Virus record (IMG/VR): IMGVR_UViG_3300043418_000114
Location: 186,001-250,000 of that record
Length of the DNA stretch: 64,000 nt
Direction: 5' to 3' (one strand)
Below the pieces are notes generated by a model. It saw only the letters and a list, made by a program, of their open reading frames with translations. It did no database searches and was not told where the DNA came from. The position numbers and the translations under genes were made by a program. Positions 58,852 through 64,000 of this stretch are shown one piece after another. Within the stretch, counting starts at the first letter, position 1, and every line of letters begins with the position of its first letter.

Positions 58852-59672
58852 GTACTAAACGAATTTCACACAAAAACACGCCAATGGTCATGCGTATTCC
58901 ATTGCCAGCATCACTAGCACAATTGCAAAAAGAAACACTAGATTTGATTGCTAAACCAAAAGAAGAACGCCGTAGAGTTGACAATGATTCAACATTCGCC
59001 GCACTTGACGCAGGCGAAGAAGGCAAGTACTCAGTCTATTCGAATGATGGCATCGATATGCAAGGCACGACTGGTGAAAAGTTTGAGTACAACGTTGCAT
59101 CGTTCTTTGAAATGAATGACAAAGCCAAGCAATGGGTAGCTGACAATGGCGGCCATCGTCGTGTTATCAGTCCACTAAATCGCTATCGTGGCTACATGAA
59201 TCCTTGGGTCAGTGAGTACTGGGATCCAGGACTAGACGAGCGTGTGTTTGACAAGCCAACTGAGTTGAACGTTGGTATCTTTAAAGAACTAAACGATTGG
59301 TTCAGTAACAAAGGCTATAGTGTTCGTCGTAGTGCTTTAGTCAGAGTTATGCCGCACCAATTCTTGAGTCCCCACGTTGACACTGGTCCTGATTTTATCG
59401 TTCGATTCCAAATCCCAGTTATTCACAATGACAAAGCGGTAATGGGTTTCAGAAAGTCTAAGACTGATCCATGGACAGTATTCAACTTCGAACCAGGTTA
59501 CATCTATGCTGTTAACTCAGGACTAGAACATTTTGCACGTAACGATGGCGACGATGACCGAGTTCAATTCCGTATCTGTGTTGAAGAATACAATGTATTA
59601 GAAGAACTAGGTTTCGAAGAATGGAATCAAGCCATGACTTGGGAAGATTGGGAAACACCCAAGTATGACTGA
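58848..59672 (+). CDS. 2OG-Fe(II) oxygenase (Asp/Asn beta-hydroxylase-like)
   Basis: 'PHVD...RFQIP...N.GLEH.A.N.G..DR'. Confidence 0.7.
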   Translation: MSTKRISHKNTPMVMRIPLPASLAQLQKETLDLIAKPKEERRRVDNDSTFAALDAGEEGKYSVYSNDGIDMQGTTGEKFEYNVASFFEMNDKAKQWVADNGGHRRVISPLNRYRGYMNPWVSEYWDPGLDERVFDKPTELNVGIFKELNDWFSNKGYSVRRSALVRVMPHQFLSPHVDTGPDFIVRFQIPVIHNDKAVMGFRKSKTDPWTVFNFEPGYIYAVNSGLEHFARNDGDDDRVQFRICVEEYNVLEELGFEEWNQAMTWEDWETPKYD

Positions 59673-60303
59673 TTGCTATCAAAGTCATGGTAGCGTTGAC
59701 GAACAAATTGTACTTGAGTTGCACAAATATCTAGACAGTATTTTTCCTCAAGAGATTCGTAATAGTTATCCATTGTCTGAGAATGTGTATTACACATTCC
59801 ACATGAAATACTTGTTTGACAAAAGCGTACCATTGGACATGGACGCATTGTCGTGGTATGGCGATGGTGAACGCACAGTTGACTTGATATATGATATGCA
59901 TCCCTTGAAGATTTACAAGGTCATTGAATCAGTTAGACGAGGGGTAATTGATATCATCGCTGTGGTAGATGATGCGCCTGGTAATGAGACCTTCAAAGAA
60001 TTCATCGGGGCCATGGAAGAAAAAATGGGTCGCAAAGTCCTGAAGGTTGCATTCAGTGTGTGTGGCGAAGGCCATAGAATTAAAATACACAAAGACTTTT
60101 CTGTTAAATACGACAACAAACTTCACTTAGTTATTAAGAACGGTGGAGTTAGTTCGCTTGTATGGTACGACGACAATTTCAAAGAACTTGCTAGATGTAA
60201 TGGGCAAAGTGGTGAATTGTTCTATTTTGAGGGTGACAAATACTTTCACCGTTTTGATAGACCAAAGAGCGAACGCATACATCTAATTATGTGCTTTGAA
60301 TGA
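59665..60303 (+). CDS. Putative 2OG-Fe(II) oxygenase
   Basis: 'IHKD...LHL...FH...RIHLI'. Confidence 0.55.
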   Translation: MTDCYQSHGSVDEQIVLELHKYLDSIFPQEIRNSYPLSENVYYTFHMKYLFDKSVPLDMDALSWYGDGERTVDLIYDMHPLKIYKVIESVRRGVIDIIAVVDDAPGNETFKEFIGAMEEKMGRKVLKVAFSVCGEGHRIKIHKDFSVKYDNKLHLVIKNGGVSSLVWYDDNFKELARCNGQSGELFYFEGDKYFHRFDRPKSERIHLIMCFE

Positions 60304-61718
60304 AACAGGTTGACTTTCTAATAATTGGCGCAGGCCTTGCTGGAATTGGTGCGGCAGTTCACTTCCAAAAACAATACCCAAACAAAACTTTTGCTATCGT
60401 AGAGAAACGTGGTAGTATTGGTGGCACATGGGATGTGTTCAAGTACCCAGGTGTTCGTTCAGATAGCGACATGTTTACACTGGGTTACAGTTTCAAACCG
60501 TGGACTGGTAGTTACTATGCCACAGGACAAGAGATTAACAACTACATCAAAGAAACTGCCCAAGAATACAACATTACACAACACATCCATTTCAACACTA
60601 CAGCTAGTGGCTTAGAATGGCAAGACAATCAATGGACTCTATATACTAACAACGATATGTTCGTTGCCAAATTCGTATTGTTTGCTACCGGTTACATCAA
60701 CCACGAACGTTCACACTTCCCATTCATCAAGAACCACAATAGTTTTAAAGGCAAAATCATTCATACTCAGTACTGGGATAGTGACATAGACTATACAGAC
60801 AAGAAAATAGTCGTGATTGGCAGTGGGGCTACTGCATACACATTAGTGCCAGAACTTGCAAAGACAGCAAAACACGTGACTATGATACAGCGTAGTCCTA
60901 GCTATGTACGCAGTGAAGAACGTAACCCTGAATGGTTAAAAGACATTCGTAAAGAACTATCAGACCCACAAGAGATTCATGACAAGGTTAGATTGTACAG
61001 CACTCATATACAGCACAATCAATTTCACAATAGCAGACAAAGACCTGAAGTAATGAAACGGTTGCTTATTAACGATGTTAAGAAACAACTGGATCCAACT
61101 GTTGATATTAAACACTTCACTCCAAACTACATGCCATGGGACCAGCGTATCTGCAAGATTATTGACAATGATTTCATTCAGACTGTCAATAGTGGCACAG
61201 TTTCAATCGAGACTGACACGATTGAATCGTTTACGGTGAACACCGTTGTATTATCATCTGGCAAAGAAGTTGAAGCTGACATTATTGTTATGGCAACTGG
61301 ATTCAAGACTCGCATGATGGGAGATATCTCTATCAAAGTCGATGACGTTGACAAAGATTATACCAAACTAAAAGCATACAAAGGAACAATGATTGAAGAC
61401 TTGCCTAACTTAGGCTATATATTTGGGTATGCCAGCATGTCATGGACGTTGAAGTTAGAACTAGCACTGTCATTCTATTCACGTGTATTTGATTACATGG
61501 ATAAAAACAACTATTCAGTGTTTGTACCATTTGATGAAAACACAGTTGAGTCTGGCACAGGCTTTATTGATTTGAGTGCAAACTTCTATACACGCAGTGA
61601 AGATAAATTCCCTAGACAAGGTGTTGAGTTACCTTGGCAAAACACAAACAATATCGTAGTCGATAAGACTATGTTATTAGAAGACCCAATAGATGATGGA
61701 GTATTGAAATTCAAATGA
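60300..61718 (+). CDS. Flavin monooxygenase (Baeyer-Villiger/EthA-like)
   Basis: GAGLAG, GGTWD.FKYPG.RSD, FKGKIIHTQYW, GSGATA, ATG. Confidence 0.92.
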   Translation: MKQVDFLIIGAGLAGIGAAVHFQKQYPNKTFAIVEKRGSIGGTWDVFKYPGVRSDSDMFTLGYSFKPWTGSYYATGQEINNYIKETAQEYNITQHIHFNTTASGLEWQDNQWTLYTNNDMFVAKFVLFATGYINHERSHFPFIKNHNSFKGKIIHTQYWDSDIDYTDKKIVVIGSGATAYTLVPELAKTAKHVTMIQRSPSYVRSEERNPEWLKDIRKELSDPQEIHDKVRLYSTHIQHNQFHNSRQRPEVMKRLLINDVKKQLDPTVDIKHFTPNYMPWDQRICKIIDNDFIQTVNSGTVSIETDTIESFTVNTVVLSSGKEVEADIIVMATGFKTRMMGDISIKVDDVDKDYTKLKAYKGTMIEDLPNLGYIFGYASMSWTLKLELALSFYSRVFDYMDKNNYSVFVPFDENTVESGTGFIDLSANFYTRSEDKFPRQGVELPWQNTNNIVVDKTMLLEDPIDDGVLKFK

Positions 61719-62362
61719 GAGCTTGGACTAAATTCGAACACGGTAATGAAGTACACGAACACATGCTAGATGAGTTTTTAAAGACTCCTGGCATGCCTGA
61801 ACACATGTCAAGTAGAGAAGGCATTAAGATTGCAAAGTTCCAAGAGCATCCTGCTAGTGAGTTCTATATGCTAGTTGTTAGTGGCAAGATGGTAGGATGC
61901 TGTGGCTTCTATGTGTTGCATGATGACAATGGCATATTGTACTGCAAGAGCCCATATCGTTTATACATTTTACCTGAAGGCAATGGTGCATACACTGCTA
62001 ATCGTACCAGTTGGGAAAACATCAGTAGAGATTGGCTAAGTCGTTGGCCTGATATTCCATTCTTGGCAACAGTAAATGTAGGCAATGAAAAGATATTGTA
62101 TTATGAGATTCTTGGCATGCAACGATATACTGACAGATTGCCACTAGATGATCCATTCAGACAAAATCAAAAGTCATTCTACTTGCATCCCAAATTAGTC
62201 AAAGAAATGTACACGTGGCAATATGCATGGTATACCACTAACTATGTTGGATTTCAACGTGAAGAAATGGACATGGATGTTGAAGTCAAGAAACAAATTG
62301 AAGACTACTGGGCTAAAGGATATTGGCTTGGCAAGGGCAACACTGACAGGACAACAGTATGA
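61715..62362 (+). CDS. Hypothetical protein (possibly GNAT-like)
   Basis: Coupled ORF; 'G.MVGC.G...RLYILPE'. Confidence 0.45.
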   Translation: MRAWTKFEHGNEVHEHMLDEFLKTPGMPEHMSSREGIKIAKFQEHPASEFYMLVVSGKMVGCCGFYVLHDDNGILYCKSPYRLYILPEGNGAYTANRTSWENISRDWLSRWPDIPFLATVNVGNEKILYYEILGMQRYTDRLPLDDPFRQNQKSFYLHPKLVKEMYTWQYAWYTTNYVGFQREEMDMDVEVKKQIEDYWAKGYWLGKGNTDRTTV

Positions 62363-63561
62363 CAGACATAGCCATTATTGGAGTAGGTATTGTTGACAGT
62401 TTAGGTTTCAACAAAGACGAATGCTGGAACAACATGCTCAACGGTGTTGTTGGACTAAGCCCTAATGTTCTATTCAATAGAGAACAATATCCTATATCAA
62501 AAATCAATAGTGTTCATAGCGTAGACTTGAACAAGATAACACTTGCCGAGTTCACTGACAAAGAAAGACAGAATATGGATCGCATCTTTTTGCTTTCCAT
62601 GCATTCAATATTAGACTGTATCAAAGACAGTAATGTTACATCCACTGATGTTTCAATGATTGTAGGCATGACTAGTTCTATGAAGAATTTAGAACTAGAA
62701 TCTTGGAACAGATTACTCAATAATAAACGCACTGCGCCTAGACAAATGTACTTTGCAATGCGTGATACTATCACATCGACAATCACTCGAATGTTTGGGT
62801 ATACGGGTGCAACAAGTACCATGAGTAACATGTGTACTACATCTATAAGTTCGTTAGATTATGCTGTGCGTTTGTTAAACGACAACGACTGTGCATATTC
62901 ATTAGTCACTGGAGTAGATTCGTTCGTACACCCTCTTGACATGTATGTTATGCAATCAATGGGTGCAACATGCATTGACGAAAATCCATTAACCAAACCA
63001 TTTGACGAGAATCGTAATGGTATCACATTAGGTGAAGGCAGTTGTTCATTCATGCTAACCACCTTAGCTAATGCTAAAAATAACAATCATAAAATCTATG
63101 GCATTATTAAGGGAATAGGTCACGGTACTGAATCTGTGCATGAAACTGACATGAGTACAGATGGTATTGGTTCACGCAATGCTATCAACATGGCACTAAG
63201 AAAAGCAAACTTGTCCAGTGCCGATATTGGATACGTTAATTGTCATGCAACAGGAACACCTCAAGGAGATACTGTCGAATATGATATTGTCAGTAGCATG
63301 TTCCCAAACGTAACAGTAGGTGCAAACAAATCAAATATCGGACACACCATGGGTGCGTGTGGTATGCTTGAGTTGTTCTACACGATCATGGCGTTGAATC
63401 GTCAGGTAGCACCACCTATCGCTAATTTAATTACCCCTATAGGTCATTCAATAAATATCCCAATGACCATGCAAACAATTGACACTATGTATGCCCTAAA
63501 GAATTCTTTTGGCTTTGGTGGCAAAAGTAGTTGCGTTGTCATTGAACGGGGAACATTATGA
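62359..63561 (+). CDS. Beta-ketoacyl-ACP synthase (FabF/FabB-like)
   Basis: Active-site Cys 'NMCTT', KPFDE.R.G..LGEG, HATGT..GD, KSNIGHT.GA, NSFGFGG. Confidence 0.9.
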   Translation: MTDIAIIGVGIVDSLGFNKDECWNNMLNGVVGLSPNVLFNREQYPISKINSVHSVDLNKITLAEFTDKERQNMDRIFLLSMHSILDCIKDSNVTSTDVSMIVGMTSSMKNLELESWNRLLNNKRTAPRQMYFAMRDTITSTITRMFGYTGATSTMSNMCTTSISSLDYAVRLLNDNDCAYSLVTGVDSFVHPLDMYVMQSMGATCIDENPLTKPFDENRNGITLGEGSCSFMLTTLANAKNNNHKIYGIIKGIGHGTESVHETDMSTDGIGSRNAINMALRKANLSSADIGYVNCHATGTPQGDTVEYDIVSSMFPNVTVGANKSNIGHTMGACGMLELFYTIMALNRQVAPPIANLITPIGHSINIPMTMQTIDTMYALKNSFGFGGKSSCVVIERGTL

Positions 63562-64000
63562 AGTTAGCAATGGTTTCAGCACATACAGTTGACTTTTACC
63601 ATTTTTTCAAAATTCAATATGCAATGATGCAGATGTATGACCCATTGGTTAAAATCACTGTAGCAAAGAGTGATACATTCGAGCAGTTCAATGAGAAGGT
63701 TGATTGGGTAGATTTAGGATATCCTGATTTCTTGCATCCAATGCATCGTAACTATACAACCAAATTCAACTTTGCACGTGCTCCGTTGGCACAATCAGTA
63801 GATGCAGACCGAGTAGCATGGGTAGATGCAGATATATTGCCTCTAGTTCCAACCGCTATTAGCAACTTCATGACTGTAAGTGACAAGCCCACAGTAGCAC
63901 ACAATGTATACATGAGCGATGAACAATATGATGGGTGGAATAGTCTTACTGAATGGTATGGAGTTGGTAAGTTACCATGTTATAATTGCGGATTGGTTGC
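63558..64000 (+). CDS. GT-A glycosyltransferase-like protein (3' truncated by window)
   Basis: 'K......VAWVDAD' DxD motif and 'YNCG'. Confidence 0.55.
   Translation, partial: MKLAMVSAHTVDFYHFFKIQYAMMQMYDPLVKITVAKSDTFEQFNEKVDWVDLGYPDFLHPMHRNYTTKFNFARAPLAQSVDADRVAWVDADILPLVPTAISNFMTVSDKPTVAHNVYMSDEQYDGWNSLTEWYGVGKLPCYNCGLV

Overview
A 64 kb segment of a large, jumbo-type lytic dsDNA phage; the host is most likely a proteobacterium (inference from IF-1, ErpA and RpoZ likeness and sigma70 promoters). There are four zones. (1) 1-6.9 kb (+): IF-1, ErpA and Gly/Thr-rich virion-fibre-like genes. (2) 6.9-39.7 kb (-): dense small early ORFs with repeated sigma70 promoters and two paralogous small-protein families. 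This zone also holds an RNA-repair/translation set: Rnl1-like ligase, PNK-like kinase, phosphoesterases, YqeY, an RF1-type release factor interrupted by an in-frame UGA, a DUF2828/TROVE-like vWA protein and RpoZ. (3) 39.7-55.8 kb (-): about 48 tRNA or tRNA-like genes covering all 20 amino acids, a GOLLD-like giant RNA, three HNH genes and many structured ncRNAs. The array is headed by an apparent leader-peptide attenuator and contains rrn-like boxB/boxA leaders. (4) 55.8-64 kb: sugar and lipid modification enzymes (dehydratase, desaturase, 2OG oxygenases, flavin monooxygenase, FabF-like synthase, glycosyltransferases). The most striking signal is a family of at least nine covarying 'stem-NNN-CAGCA' RNA scaffolds. 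It starts directly upstream of the TROVE-like gene, and different copies carry different tRNA parts: bare anticodon stem-loops, circularly permuted tRNAs, or the scaffold inserted into a tRNA-Asp. All calls come from reading the sequence by eye; no searches or folding programs were run, and coordinates may be off by a few bases.
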